Shown: piece after piece, positions 1 through 9,553 of the stretch
How positions within the stretch are numbered: position 1 is the stretch's first letter
Layout: every line of letters starts with the position of its first letter
From: a virus
DNA length: 64,000 bases
Direction: 5' to 3' (one strand)
IMG/VR virus record: IMGVR_UViG_3300032132_000211
Span: 3,999-67,998 of that record
Notes under the pieces: generated by a model
The model's database searches: none
What the model was told of the DNA's origin: nothing
Seen by the model: only the letters and a program-made list of their open reading frames with translations
Translations under genes and position numbers: made by a program

Positions 1-95
1 CCGTGTGGGCACTGGCTTTGCGACCACTTAGCCCTCGGAGTGCTGCATTTGCAGTTGTACCACACGGCGGGGGTGAGCCAATTGAGGAGAAATGC

Positions 96-1133
96 ATGGA
101 TATCGAAGATTTGATGACTAACATCAACAAAAAATTTAAAGTAAAGAAGAGCGATAGCAAAGTAAATTTATTGTCGAACGTAGAAGAAATCCCCTACTGG
201 GTGCCGACAGGTAGCTCACTACTAGATGCAGCTGTTAACGAAGGTATTCCAGGTGGTAAGATTATCGAAATCTCTGGGCACTCTGCCACAGGGAAGTCTG
301 CCGTTGCATACACCATTCTGGGCAACGTGCAAAAGATGGGTGGCGTGGCTATCTTACTAGATACGGAGTGTTCCATTGATATGGACTTCGCTAGGAAGAT
401 GGGCATTGACCCTGAGAAGCTGATCGTAGCGGAGCCACAAACTATCGAGGAGTTGTTTAACATCACCAAAGATATTTGTGACTCTGTTCTAGAGGCTCGT
501 AAAGGCGAGAAGAACGACAAGCCTATCGTTGTTGTCGCAGATAGCTGCACATCAGCCACTTTAGAAGAACGTAAGAAGTCTTTCGGTGAAGAGTTGAAGA
601 TGGGTAACAACGCCAAGCTACAACGACGGGGACTGCGCAATCTAATGCCTTACTTCCAAGCGAACGGTATCACGTTCATCGGAATTAACCACCTGACTGC
701 AAAGTTGAACTCTAGTCCCTACGGTCCTAAAGAGGACCAAACGGGTGGTACTGCCTGGAAGTACTACCCACATGTTCGTATAGTCCTTGGTAACATGGTT
801 AAGATCAAAGGCAAAAGCACCGGATCTATTTCTGGTGTGCATGTAACTGCTAAGGTAGTTAAGAACCGTGTGGGTCCACCTCACAGAACGGCTCCTATGA
901 TTATCAACTTCGATAAAGGATACGACGACATTGGTGCTCTGTTAGAGTACGGCAAAGAGAACGGTCTCTTTGGTGCTAAACAAGGTTGGCTGGAGTTCGA
1001 GGGAACCTCGTATCGTAAATCTGATCTAAACAAGTACCTTGTGTCTAACCCAGAGAAGCACGCTGCAATAGCTGCTGAGTGTCAGACCCTTTTAAAGTCT
1101 ACTGAAACGTCCGTAGAGGTAGATGAAGACTGA
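96..1133 (+). CDS. recA: RecA/UvsX-like recombinase
   Basis: PTGS..LD motif, Walker A GHSATGKS, LDTECS, VADS, INHL, VVKNRVGPP; ATG at 96 follows GAGGAG, so the ORF-track start at 3 is probably too far upstream. Confidence 0.93.
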   Translation: MDIEDLMTNINKKFKVKKSDSKVNLLSNVEEIPYWVPTGSSLLDAAVNEGIPGGKIIEISGHSATGKSAVAYTILGNVQKMGGVAILLDTECSIDMDFARKMGIDPEKLIVAEPQTIEELFNITKDICDSVLEARKGEKNDKPIVVVADSCTSATLEERKKSFGEELKMGNNAKLQRRGLRNLMPYFQANGITFIGINHLTAKLNSSPYGPKEDQTGGTAWKYYPHVRIVLGNMVKIKGKSTGSISGVHVTAKVVKNRVGPPHRTAPMIINFDKGYDDIGALLEYGKENGLFGAKQGWLEFEGTSYRKSDLNKYLVSNPEKHAAIAAECQTLLKSTETSVEVDED

Positions 1134-1135
1134 CA

Positions 1136-1423
1136 ATGAAGTTCTCAGGTAAACAACCTAAGAGTTTCACACGCCTTGTGGAGACGGTAGGACTAGAGGC
1201 AACTCTAGCTCTTATCGTTGCCTTCGGGGGGAAGTCCTTGCATATCCCTAAAGTGAACAACTTCCTTATAAATAGAAGGAACAAGAAGATCTTTGAAGAC
1301 CACTCGTCTAAGAAGTATACGCAGAAACAATTAATGGCTAAGTGGGACATGCCTATGAGCACTATCTACACAATAGCCCGCAGATATAAAGCAGCAATGC
1401 TTGAGGCAGATAAAGATGAATAA
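1136..1423 (+). CDS. Mor/C-family transcription activator
   Basis: VGLEATLALIVAFGGKSLHIPK...RRNKKIF plus C-terminal HTH matches the Mu Mor pattern (GG-x-x-x-IP then HTH). Confidence 0.8.
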   Translation: MKFSGKQPKSFTRLVETVGLEATLALIVAFGGKSLHIPKVNNFLINRRNKKIFEDHSSKKYTQKQLMAKWDMPMSTIYTIARRYKAAMLEADKDE

Positions 1424-1793
1424 ACCATTAACGAAAGGGCAAGCAATCAAACTAACGTGTTACGGATGTTCGGCTGGAGAGAAGGCGGATGTAAAAAGCT
1501 GTCCGGTCAAGAGCTGCGCATTACATGCTTTTCGCATGGGCAAGAAATCACCGAAAGCAAAGGGCAGTATGCTATCGGCTATTAAGCAGTACTACTATGA
1601 GCTACAAGGGTTTTCCCGATCCGAGGTAAGGGATTTCCCTATCGGCATCCCGGTTGACGCCTGGAGAACTGGCGTGAATCCTAAAGAACCAGTCTTTGAT
1701 ACTCCTGAGAATAGGGATGAATGGTTCCCCTGGAGGGTCCAAGAAAGAGAGGACAAACTACGTAGGAAAAAGGAAGCTAAGGAAGAGGGGTAG
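1401..1793 (+). CDS. hypothetical phage protein with Cys cluster
   Basis: AIKLTCYGC...CPVKSCALH; overlaps upstream gene; start may be ATG 1416. Confidence 0.65.
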   Translation: MRQIKMNKPLTKGQAIKLTCYGCSAGEKADVKSCPVKSCALHAFRMGKKSPKAKGSMLSAIKQYYYELQGFSRSEVRDFPIGIPVDAWRTGVNPKEPVFDTPENRDEWFPWRVQEREDKLRRKKEAKEEG

Positions 1794-1911
1794 GCAAGGT
1801 ATAGGAGAGAAAAAACGAAGTGGAAATACGTCGTATAGCGCCACTTTTTGGTCTAGAAAGTATGTATAGAGCACCAAAAATAGACCCCCACGGACAAGGA
1901 GAAATCAGGGA

Positions 1912-2961
1912 ATGAAGGTTCTGCTAGTTAGTGATCTTCATTTCCACATGTGGCCTGAGTTCGCCCATAAGAACTTGAAAGGCAGCAGCAGGTTGTGGGA
2001 TATCACAGTCGCATTGGGGCAGGTGTACGATCACGCCATAGCCAGAGACATTGAACACGTATTTATCCTAGGCGATATCTTTCACAAGCGCAACGTTGTG
2101 GATGTCACAGTTTTGAATGCTTTTAATTCGCAGATTAAGTATGCGGAAAACAATTGTATAACGACTCACTTGTTGGTTGGAAATCACGATCAACCGACGT
2201 ATGAGGGCGGAAAGACCAAAAACAACGCTTTAGATTCATTTAATAGCCAATTTACGCACGTCTATCATACGAAATGGTATCTAAACCTCGACGGTGCAGC
2301 CATAAGCCTATGTCCATATATTCATGATGAGAGGGAATTGGCGAGTGTGATTAAAAGAGAAGTTGAGTTCCTACGTGACAGCACTGGGCCGGGACCAACA
2401 TACTTCTTCGGGCACATGGGAATCTCTGGTGCAAAGATAATCGACACGGACTACACGATCCCACATCCTGTACCAGCTAAAGCATTTGACGACCTAACTG
2501 CGGCCTTCCTAGGACACTACCACACGCCCCAAAAGGTTACAGGTTCTAAGAACACTCACTATGTAGGATCACACGTACACCACACCTTCAGTGATGAGGG
2601 CCAAGAGAAGGGCTTCATAGAATTGAATCTAGACACGGGTAAGTTCAAGCGTATCAAAACAGATTACCCCAGCCTCAACACACTTCATGTCTCCTCGATG
2701 AAGGAGCTTATGGACGGGCTGTCAGACGACTACTTTAAAATCTATTTAAAAGACTTCGTTTTGAGTGAGAATGAATTACAAGAAGTCCGCAAAGTGGCTC
2801 GTGGATTTACTTTACTTCCAGAGGCGACAGAACGCGTGGCTAACACCAGCAAGACCTTTTCATTTAATTCAGCTTTAAAGGATTATATCAAGGACAACGA
2901 ACGGGTGCATCGTAAAGAGATTTATAGTAAAGCTAAGGAGCTTATGAATGTTAAAGATTAA
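1912..2961 (+). CDS. SbcD/Mre11-like (T4 gp47-like) nuclease
   Basis: SDLH, GDIFH, GNHD, GH, GHYH metallophosphoesterase motifs; directly upstream of SbcC-like gene. Confidence 0.9.
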   Translation: MKVLLVSDLHFHMWPEFAHKNLKGSSRLWDITVALGQVYDHAIARDIEHVFILGDIFHKRNVVDVTVLNAFNSQIKYAENNCITTHLLVGNHDQPTYEGGKTKNNALDSFNSQFTHVYHTKWYLNLDGAAISLCPYIHDERELASVIKREVEFLRDSTGPGPTYFFGHMGISGAKIIDTDYTIPHPVPAKAFDDLTAAFLGHYHTPQKVTGSKNTHYVGSHVHHTFSDEGQEKGFIELNLDTGKFKRIKTDYPSLNTLHVSSMKELMDGLSDDYFKIYLKDFVLSENELQEVRKVARGFTLLPEATERVANTSKTFSFNSALKDYIKDNERVHRKEIYSKAKELMNVKD

Positions 2962-4597
2962 TAAGGTTAGTTTCAAGAACTTCTTCTCCTATGGTGAACC
3001 TCTAACAACCGTGGACTTCACCCACACCTCCCCAAGACTTATCTATGGTGTGAATGGTGCTGGCAAGTCTACGATTTTCGAGGCGGTTATCTGGGGCCTC
3101 TTTGGTGAGACTCTGAAGGGTGTGGCTGCTGACGATGTGGTCAACAGGGCCAATGACGCCAACTGCTGTGTCACCATCCTGGGAGAAATCAACGAGAACA
3201 ACTTCGTTATTCGTAGGTACAGGAAGGACAAAGAGAAGAAGAACTACATTGAGTTTGAGTTGAATGGGGCGATAACCGTTGGGGAGACGAACAAGGCTAC
3301 CCAAAAGATCATCTGCAAGACGTTGGGTGTGACCTATGATTCATTCCTATACACCTCGTATTTCAATCCGTCCTTGTCGGAGTCGTTTGCAAGCCTAGGA
3401 GATAAGAAGCAGAAAGGAATTATTGAGCAGCTGATCGCGTCTGACATCTGGGATACCTGCGGGGAGAACGCATCTGAGGAATTGAAGCTGCTGCAAGGAC
3501 AGCAAAACAAGCAGGTGTCAGATAGGGCTGTGCTTGCCAGCAATAAGGTTACGGTTGTAAATGGAGTTACGGAACTGCGGGACCTTCTCAAGCAATCCAA
3601 CCTCAAGGGTTTAAAGTCGAATATAGATAAGAACACAGCTCGTATAGTTGTGTGCCGACAGGCCATGTCGAAGAGGGCGGGATTAGAAAAGAAGATTAGG
3701 GAAATGGAAACCCGCAAACAAGAGGCAACACACCAGTACAACCTGGCAGATAAGTACCTGACCTTAGCTATGCAAGGTAAGTGCCGTCACTGTGTGCGGG
3801 CGTTTGAACTGTCCAAAGACGAGAGGGAACGGCTAGAATCCAAAAAGAAGCTAATGCACGAAGCTCTCACAGCTGCACAGAGTTCCCACAAGTCTCTCAG
3901 CGCAGAACTGAATACCATCTGGAACCTGGAGCTAGAGGAGAGTAAGCTATGCGCTGAGCTAGAAAGCTTTGACGCAATGTTCGACTTGGCTCAAGCTACT
4001 AAGGATAAGCTGGATAAAGCAAAGAAGACTGTTAAGGCGCTGACCAACAGGCTAGTCGCAGTGAATAAGAGCATAACTGGCCTAGACCAGAAGATCGGAA
4101 TACTGGAGAGCGTCAAGAAGCTAGCCGGTCCTAGAGGAGCTAGAGTGTATGCACTCAACCATCTCATCCCCCACCTGAATAGAAGCCTGAAGATGTACTC
4201 AAATGAACTATCCGAGGGAACTATGGGAGTCTCTTTGACCTTTGATCCAAAAACGGCTAGGACATCTGTCCAGTGTGAGTTCGATCATGTGATGGACTAC
4301 GCCAGTTGCTCTTCTGGTCAGGCTAGGCGGGTAGACCTCTGTATAATGCTTGCTTTCCTTGAGTTACTGAAATATTTAGGTAAGAATACTAATTTTTTGA
4401 TATTAGATGAGTTTTTAGACAGCCTAGACAAAAAAGGCGTTGAAAACACATTGCAGATACTGTATAATTTAAGGTATGACAATGTGTTCATCATATCCCA
4501 CAATACAGAACTTAAGGACACGTTTGAAAATAAACTATTGGTTAAAAAGACGCCAAGAGGATTTAGTTATTTTGCAGAGCCTAGAGGACCTAGATAA
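2948..4597 (+). CDS. SbcC/Rad50-like (T4 gp46-like) ATPase
   Basis: FKNFFSY, Walker A GVNGAGKS, coiled coil with CRHC hook, signature SSGQ, Walker B LILDE, ISH. Confidence 0.92.
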   Translation: MLKINKVSFKNFFSYGEPLTTVDFTHTSPRLIYGVNGAGKSTIFEAVIWGLFGETLKGVAADDVVNRANDANCCVTILGEINENNFVIRRYRKDKEKKNYIEFELNGAITVGETNKATQKIICKTLGVTYDSFLYTSYFNPSLSESFASLGDKKQKGIIEQLIASDIWDTCGENASEELKLLQGQQNKQVSDRAVLASNKVTVVNGVTELRDLLKQSNLKGLKSNIDKNTARIVVCRQAMSKRAGLEKKIREMETRKQEATHQYNLADKYLTLAMQGKCRHCVRAFELSKDERERLESKKKLMHEALTAAQSSHKSLSAELNTIWNLELEESKLCAELESFDAMFDLAQATKDKLDKAKKTVKALTNRLVAVNKSITGLDQKIGILESVKKLAGPRGARVYALNHLIPHLNRSLKMYSNELSEGTMGVSLTFDPKTARTSVQCEFDHVMDYASCSSGQARRVDLCIMLAFLELLKYLGKNTNFLILDEFLDSLDKKGVENTLQILYNLRYDNVFIISHNTELKDTFENKLLVKKTPRGFSYFAEPRGPR

Positions 4598-4946
4598 TGG
4601 TAGTAGCCTAGTACTACATGAAAGCGCCAAGAGTGATCTCTCCCCGGAACAAAAACTTTCCAGGGCGATGATTGTTCTAGCAGTACAAGATCTTAATCTG
4701 GAGAACCACTTCCCAGAACTTAAACGACACTTCGTCGTTGCAAAAACCAAAAAAATAAAGAGACCCAATGTGATCTCCGCTATAGACTATATACTAAGCG
4801 AGGGGGATCAGGGCGCGCTCTGTTACGACAACGCGTGCATGAACCTTCTTATAGACCGTGAAAGTCTAAGAAACCTTCTCATAAAATGCATCAAAGAGAA
4901 CGATGGCGAAGTCTTTGAAATCTACCGATCATGGAGGAGTGTCTAA
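4476..4946 (+). CDS. hypothetical protein
   Basis: Fills the gap between SbcC and resolvase; start uncertain. Confidence 0.55.
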   Translation: MTMCSSYPTIQNLRTRLKINYWLKRRQEDLVILQSLEDLDNGSSLVLHESAKSDLSPEQKLSRAMIVLAVQDLNLENHFPELKRHFVVAKTKKIKRPNVISAIDYILSEGDQGALCYDNACMNLLIDRESLRNLLIKCIKENDGEVFEIYRSWRSV

Positions 4947-5503
4947 TGAGAAAAGGAGGCTCTAAAGCCAAAGGAAATAATTTTGAATGGGAAGTCGCCA
5001 GGGCGTTAGGCTCCTGGTACTACGACAACAGTGAGGCATTAATACGTATGCCCACGTCTGGTGCGCTGGCAACTATGTTGCCAGCTAACCGGGAACACCT
5101 AGTAGGAGATGTACTGCAGGTTGTCGGTGAAGGCTTCCCGTTTTCGGTCGAATGTAAGCACCACAGGGATCTACCACTCGTGCATCTACTGTTCGAGCGT
5201 AAGACATCCAAGCTGTACAAGTTTTGGAAGCTGATTAAACGTGAGGCCAGAAAGGCGGACAAGATCCCTATGCTGGTTTTCAAGTCAAACTTCCAAGAGC
5301 CACTAGTTGTGTTGCCTAGGCTATCTGTTATAGACGACAACATAGAATCAGTAGGCGGGTATATACTAACACCTACCTTTATTGTAATCAAGTTCAAGGA
5401 CATGCTGGAGACTCCCATCTGGCTTGAGCTACTTTCACGACTGGATAAAGGTAACAGACTGGAAGAAGATAGAATAGACATGCTGATTCGGGGGTACAAC
5501 TGA
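4931..5503 (+). CDS. Holliday junction resolvase (Hjc-like PD-(D/E)xK)
   Basis: SKAKGNNFE, SGA, GD, SVECK motifs; likely start 4946. Confidence 0.8.
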   Translation: MEECLMRKGGSKAKGNNFEWEVARALGSWYYDNSEALIRMPTSGALATMLPANREHLVGDVLQVVGEGFPFSVECKHHRDLPLVHLLFERKTSKLYKFWKLIKREARKADKIPMLVFKSNFQEPLVVLPRLSVIDDNIESVGGYILTPTFIVIKFKDMLETPIWLELLSRLDKGNRLEEDRIDMLIRGYN

Positions 5504-5883
5504 TGAACATACTATTTAAAGACGAAAAAGACAACGTGTACTATATTGAGAAGGACTGCCTCAAGGTAGATATCCCCAAGCTGGGTATTACCCGTAATAT
5601 TGGAATGATCTCGTCCAACTTAACCACAGGTAAGTCGAACCTAACAGTACACCGCAAGTCCACTCAGAAGTGGAAGTTGGGCTACATGATCTCGGCAGCG
5701 CCGTTTGAGCATATGGATTTCAATAGGCTCACGTTGATTGAAGATGACAGAAACATGTACGTGCTAGACTGGGACACAGTCTCTAAGGTATGGAAGTCTT
5801 GGACATTCAAACCCGACAATGGTATGGAGAAGATGCTAATCATACCGCAGGCTGTTTGGTCTGAAGTAAAGTTAGATTTCTAA
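5503..5883 (+). CDS. hypothetical protein
   Basis: TGATG overlap with resolvase; last gene of plus-strand block. Confidence 0.65.
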   Translation: MNILFKDEKDNVYYIEKDCLKVDIPKLGITRNIGMISSNLTTGKSNLTVHRKSTQKWKLGYMISAAPFEHMDFNRLTLIEDDRNMYVLDWDTVSKVWKSWTFKPDNGMEKMLIIPQAVWSEVKLDF

Positions 5884-6340
5884 ACTCTGATAGCCGAAGC
5901 CGCATAACAAAGAATTGCCGGTCAGCATCATCTGTAGTCTTTGTAGATACAATCTTGAAACCTAGTTTCCTGTACAGTTGCAAAGCCGGATGGTTCTTAG
6001 TAGAGACCTCAAGATAAGCGCTCTTATAATCAGCAGCGATCAGCCACTGTATAACTTGCCTATACGCCCATTCAGCATAACCTTTACGGCGCTGGCAAAC
6101 GTGGATGCTCACACCAACCCAGATAGACTCACCTAGATCTCTACTTGTTCGCACGTAGCCAACAGGGACCTGGTCGTCCTCGATAATCAGCCAAAAAGGA
6201 GAAGCGAGATCAAACCACTCGTAGGTCTCCTTTAAACTATAACGATTCTGATCGTGCAGTTTTATTCTAGTCGAGTAATGGTTCCTGACTAGATTGATAA
6301 ACGGGCAGTCAGCCCTTGTTGCTTCTCTTAGTGTCAACAA
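5840..6340 (-). CDS. GNAT N-acetyltransferase (PseH/RimJ-like)
   Basis: QRRKGYA acetyl-CoA motif, NHPALQLYRKLGF; TTG start after GAGGTGGA. Confidence 0.85.
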   Translation of the reverse strand: MLTLREATRADCPFINLVRNHYSTRIKLHDQNRYSLKETYEWFDLASPFWLIIEDDQVPVGYVRTSRDLGESIWVGVSIHVCQRRKGYAEWAYRQVIQWLIAADYKSAYLEVSTKNHPALQLYRKLGFKIVSTKTTDDADRQFFVMRLRLSEFRNLTLLQTKQPAV

Positions 6341-6435
6341 TCCACCTCGTACGCGGCGCAGGGTGTTCCGCATTTGTATAGAGCCATCATAGTAGACTTC
6401 CCCTGCCTTGTTCTTATGTGTACAGCGGCCTTTAA

Positions 6436-6909
6436 TTACTTCCTTTTACTAAAGTCTTTCAGTTGTAGAACCATATTGTAAACTTCCCTGGGTGGTGTCC
6501 CATTAATCAGCGTACGTTCTACTTCAAACCCGATAGACTTGTACGTAGCAAGGGCTGCCTCGTTCGTGGTCAAGACCTCTGTGTGAACGTTATCGTATCC
6601 TTGGTCCTTTAGCCTCTGGAAGAACTCGTCGTAACCCCAGCGAGCGTAACCACGACGCCTATGATTTGGGTCTACGTCAGCCCCTATCTGGACACTGGTC
6701 TTGGTGTCGTCATCCGTCCTTATGTAACCAACATTCTCGTTATCGTCGTTTACAATAATATACCATTTTGGGTCGGTTGCGTCGAACCACGCCTCAGTTT
6801 GCTCTAAAGTAAACTCTGAGGTGTTGCTCAAAACACTCCGTGTGGACTCGTGATTGCGAACCCTGTTTATAAACGCGCAATCTGATTTTTGTATCTCTCT
6901 TAATTTCAT
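6436..6909 (-). CDS. GNAT N-acetyltransferase (PseH-like)
   Basis: HRRRGYA, NEAALATYKSIGF; paralog of neighbour. Confidence 0.88.
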   Translation of the reverse strand: MKLREIQKSDCAFINRVRNHESTRSVLSNTSEFTLEQTEAWFDATDPKWYIIVNDDNENVGYIRTDDDTKTSVQIGADVDPNHRRRGYARWGYDEFFQRLKDQGYDNVHTEVLTTNEAALATYKSIGFEVERTLINGTPPREVYNMVLQLKDFSKRK

Positions 6910-6921
6910 TTCATGTACTCC

Positions 6922-8058
6922 TTAAATCCATCCTTGTTTTATTGTGTCTACTATATATTCTCTGTCTTCCGGTGTTACCCACCAACCTACTGGTATACAT
7001 ACTATCTCGTCGCCAACTATGTCTAAGTTTGGTAGGAAAGATTTAAATTCATTTACGCAGCTATATATGTCGTTGCGCTCATGTACTCTGCTTGTAGTTA
7101 TACCTTTGTCCGCGAGTGCGGCCATAAAGGACTCTCGGTTCCGTACCCGCAAGGTGTACAACCAATAGGATGACGTTGTGTCGTCAAGAACCTCTGTAGC
7201 CAAACCTTCTGGGAGATTAGCGTCATAATATTCTGCGTTCTCCAAATGTACATGTAGCAAGTTGTTAACGTGCTTTAGATTCTCTATACCTATGCAAGCG
7301 TTGATGTCATTCATATGGAACTTGAAACCGTATTCTTCTACGTCATTCTGGCACCGCATATCCTTCTGCGTCCCTTCTCTATCCATGCCGTACCATCTTA
7401 GGAGCTTAGCCCGTGTGTAAAGATCCCTGTTTGGACACACCAGCATCCCACCGTCACCGCAAGTAAGATGCTTGATAGCCTGAAAAGAGAATGTTGATAG
7501 GTTGCCCGTGAAGCCCACTGATTTGCTTTTATAAGTGCTACCAAAAGCGTGAGCGCAGTCTTCAATCACGGCTGGCTTGAATCCCCACGTATGCAACGAC
7601 TTCTCCTGTATCTTTGCGAGCCGGTCCAGGTCTACGGGCGCACCTCCCCAGTGGACTACCATGATAGCCTTAGTGTCAGGCCCAATCTTTCTTTCAAGAT
7701 CACCCATATCCATGTTTAGCGTTTCTGGGTCAACATCAACCCACTTAATCTTGTATCCATTTGCTAGTATGGGTGCGTTCGTAGCAAAGCAAGTTAAAGG
7801 CGTTGCCAGCACAGTATCACCCCGCTGCATACCTTGCCATTTACCGTGGGGCTTCTTTAACAAATGTAGAGCCAAGTGCTCGGCTGAGGTGCCGGAGTTA
7901 ACCGTGACCACCTTTGGCTCGTCAAACCTGCTTCCTAACAGCTTTTCAAATTCATCTACTTTAGGACCTTGCCCTATGTATCCTGTAGACATAATCTCTG
8001 CGATTGCTTCAACTGATGCTGGTGCGCAGAACACCTTAAATAATGGTATATCTCTCAT
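6922..8058 (-). CDS. DegT/DnrJ/EryC1/StrS PLP-dependent sugar aminotransferase
   Basis: GPKVDEFE, NSGTSA, VHWGG, IEDCAHA, SFQAIKHLTCGDGG. Confidence 0.95.
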   Translation of the reverse strand: MRDIPLFKVFCAPASVEAIAEIMSTGYIGQGPKVDEFEKLLGSRFDEPKVVTVNSGTSAEHLALHLLKKPHGKWQGMQRGDTVLATPLTCFATNAPILANGYKIKWVDVDPETLNMDMGDLERKIGPDTKAIMVVHWGGAPVDLDRLAKIQEKSLHTWGFKPAVIEDCAHAFGSTYKSKSVGFTGNLSTFSFQAIKHLTCGDGGMLVCPNRDLYTRAKLLRWYGMDREGTQKDMRCQNDVEEYGFKFHMNDINACIGIENLKHVNNLLHVHLENAEYYDANLPEGLATEVLDDTTSSYWLYTLRVRNRESFMAALADKGITTSRVHERNDIYSCVNEFKSFLPNLDIVGDEIVCIPVGWWVTPEDREYIVDTIKQGWI

Positions 8059-8735
8059 GCAAGTCTCTCCTTTTTATACAACGTGGAATGGCTCTTTGAC
8101 TTCTCTTTGTCAGGCCGGTTTTTGGTGTAGTAATACAACGCTATTGAGTCTCTAGTCCTGTTCGTTGGGCAAGTTAAAGGTTCAGGGTGCCCGTGGTACG
8201 AGGTATCCGTAGTGTTAAATATGACTGCTCGGTTACATATAGGTAGTATCCTACTCTTGCACTGTTTGAGGCCCCACAGCTCTAAATGGCCACCATATTT
8301 TTCTTTCCAATCTTCATTTAAATACAGGAGGACATTTACTCTCCTGTGCAACTCCCCCAAAAAATTGTGGTCAGCGTGTACATTTAGAAAGCCGCCTCTC
8401 TCTATACGATGAATACCTGATCCGGTTAAAGCCAAGTCTGGTATAAGCCCGTGTATTCCAGTCAAGACCTGTAGCTTAGTGATAAACTCCTTAGAATTAA
8501 GATAGGTGACGGCACTCCTGGTGTGCTGGCCCATGAAGTCTAGGTTAGATAGCCCCTGTTTAACACCAGTACTTCTCTTCTTGCTGCTCCACACACTAGT
8601 TACCTTAGTGCGGCGCAGCTCCTCTACGACATCACCTATAATACTGGCTTCTAGGAAGTTGTCTATGACAGCATGTGGAAAAGGATCTGCCACTGCATAA
8701 TTTACACGTAGTTTAATTATATCAGCACAGAGCAT
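8055..8735 (-). CDS. 2OG-Fe(II) oxygenase (prolyl-hydroxylase-like)
   Basis: DPFPHAVIDNFL, HAD, YLN..W...GG.LELW, YHGH, RDS. Confidence 0.9.
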   Translation of the reverse strand: MLCADIIKLRVNYAVADPFPHAVIDNFLEASIIGDVVEELRRTKVTSVWSSKKRSTGVKQGLSNLDFMGQHTRSAVTYLNSKEFITKLQVLTGIHGLIPDLALTGSGIHRIERGGFLNVHADHNFLGELHRRVNVLLYLNEDWKEKYGGHLELWGLKQCKSRILPICNRAVIFNTTDTSYHGHPEPLTCPTNRTRDSIALYYYTKNRPDKEKSKSHSTLYKKERLA

Positions 8736-9553
8736 TAGTAAACTCCTTCTCCAGCTGTGGCAGCGTCTACAATTTGTCCGTTCTGGTTTTTATAGTGCAA
8801 CATATTCGATCCTTTCCCTATCTGTGCTATGAGCTTACCGTCCATTTGCGCCTGCGGCCAGACAAGCTGCATCTCCTGTGCTTTTGATTCAAACCTATTC
8901 TGTGGCGCGGGCCACTTCATATTCTTGCCCCAAGAGTTTCGTAAGCTCCAGTATGTAGAGCACAGCATATACTTGTACTCAGTGGCCTTCTTTAGCACTT
9001 TTGGTCCTGCAGCCACGACATCTGGGTTAGCGTCGTACAGGTCTATGTACTGCTGTAGCCAGTTATCTTGTTGTACCACACACGCCTCATTCATAAAGAA
9101 TGTGAACTCATAATTGTGTTTTAAAAGATCGTGAGCGAGGTGGTGCCCACCCATGTCTTCTCCAACATTGCCACGACTTATAGTTACTTTATTGGTCTTG
9201 TATGGCACCCTGAATGAGTCGATCATAGCATTTACTGTGGATACGTTAGAGCCTCTAACATCCGCCCGGTTCAAGGCACCAACATCGTATGTGTTTTGTA
9301 CAAAGTATATATCAACATCGCACCCTGGAGGGTGCTCCTTGTAGCTCTGGAGGAACACGTCTAAACGTTTCGGGTAATGAGCGAACACCACCAATGCCAT
9401 CCTTGGCTTTGTCTCCACCTTATCCAGATCTAGGTGGCCGTGCCAGTACAAACCATCGACGTTGCACGCCGGGCAAGTAACTACGTGCTGGGCTGGGTAC
9501 TCAATAGGAGAAACCTGCTCACAGGACTTACACCTGTATTCGTAAAGCGCCAT
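8735..9553 (-). CDS. zinc-ribbon fused to putative glycosyltransferase-like domain
   Basis: N-terminal YEYRCKSC..CPAC (FmdB-like); NVGEDMG and FFMNE resemble RgpF/GT-A-like proteins. Confidence 0.55.
   Translation of the reverse strand: MALYEYRCKSCEQVSPIEYPAQHVVTCPACNVDGLYWHGHLDLDKVETKPRMALVVFAHYPKRLDVFLQSYKEHPPGCDVDIYFVQNTYDVGALNRADVRGSNVSTVNAMIDSFRVPYKTNKVTISRGNVGEDMGGHHLAHDLLKHNYEFTFFMNEACVVQQDNWLQQYIDLYDANPDVVAAGPKVLKKATEYKYMLCSTYWSLRNSWGKNMKWPAPQNRFESKAQEMQLVWPQAQMDGKLIAQIGKGSNMLHYKNQNGQIVDAATAGEGVY

Noticed and set aside
8055-8735. TET/JBP-type DNA base oxygenase
   Set aside because: Motifs fit the prolyl-hydroxylase-like group found in glycan clusters, and context is late rather than replication
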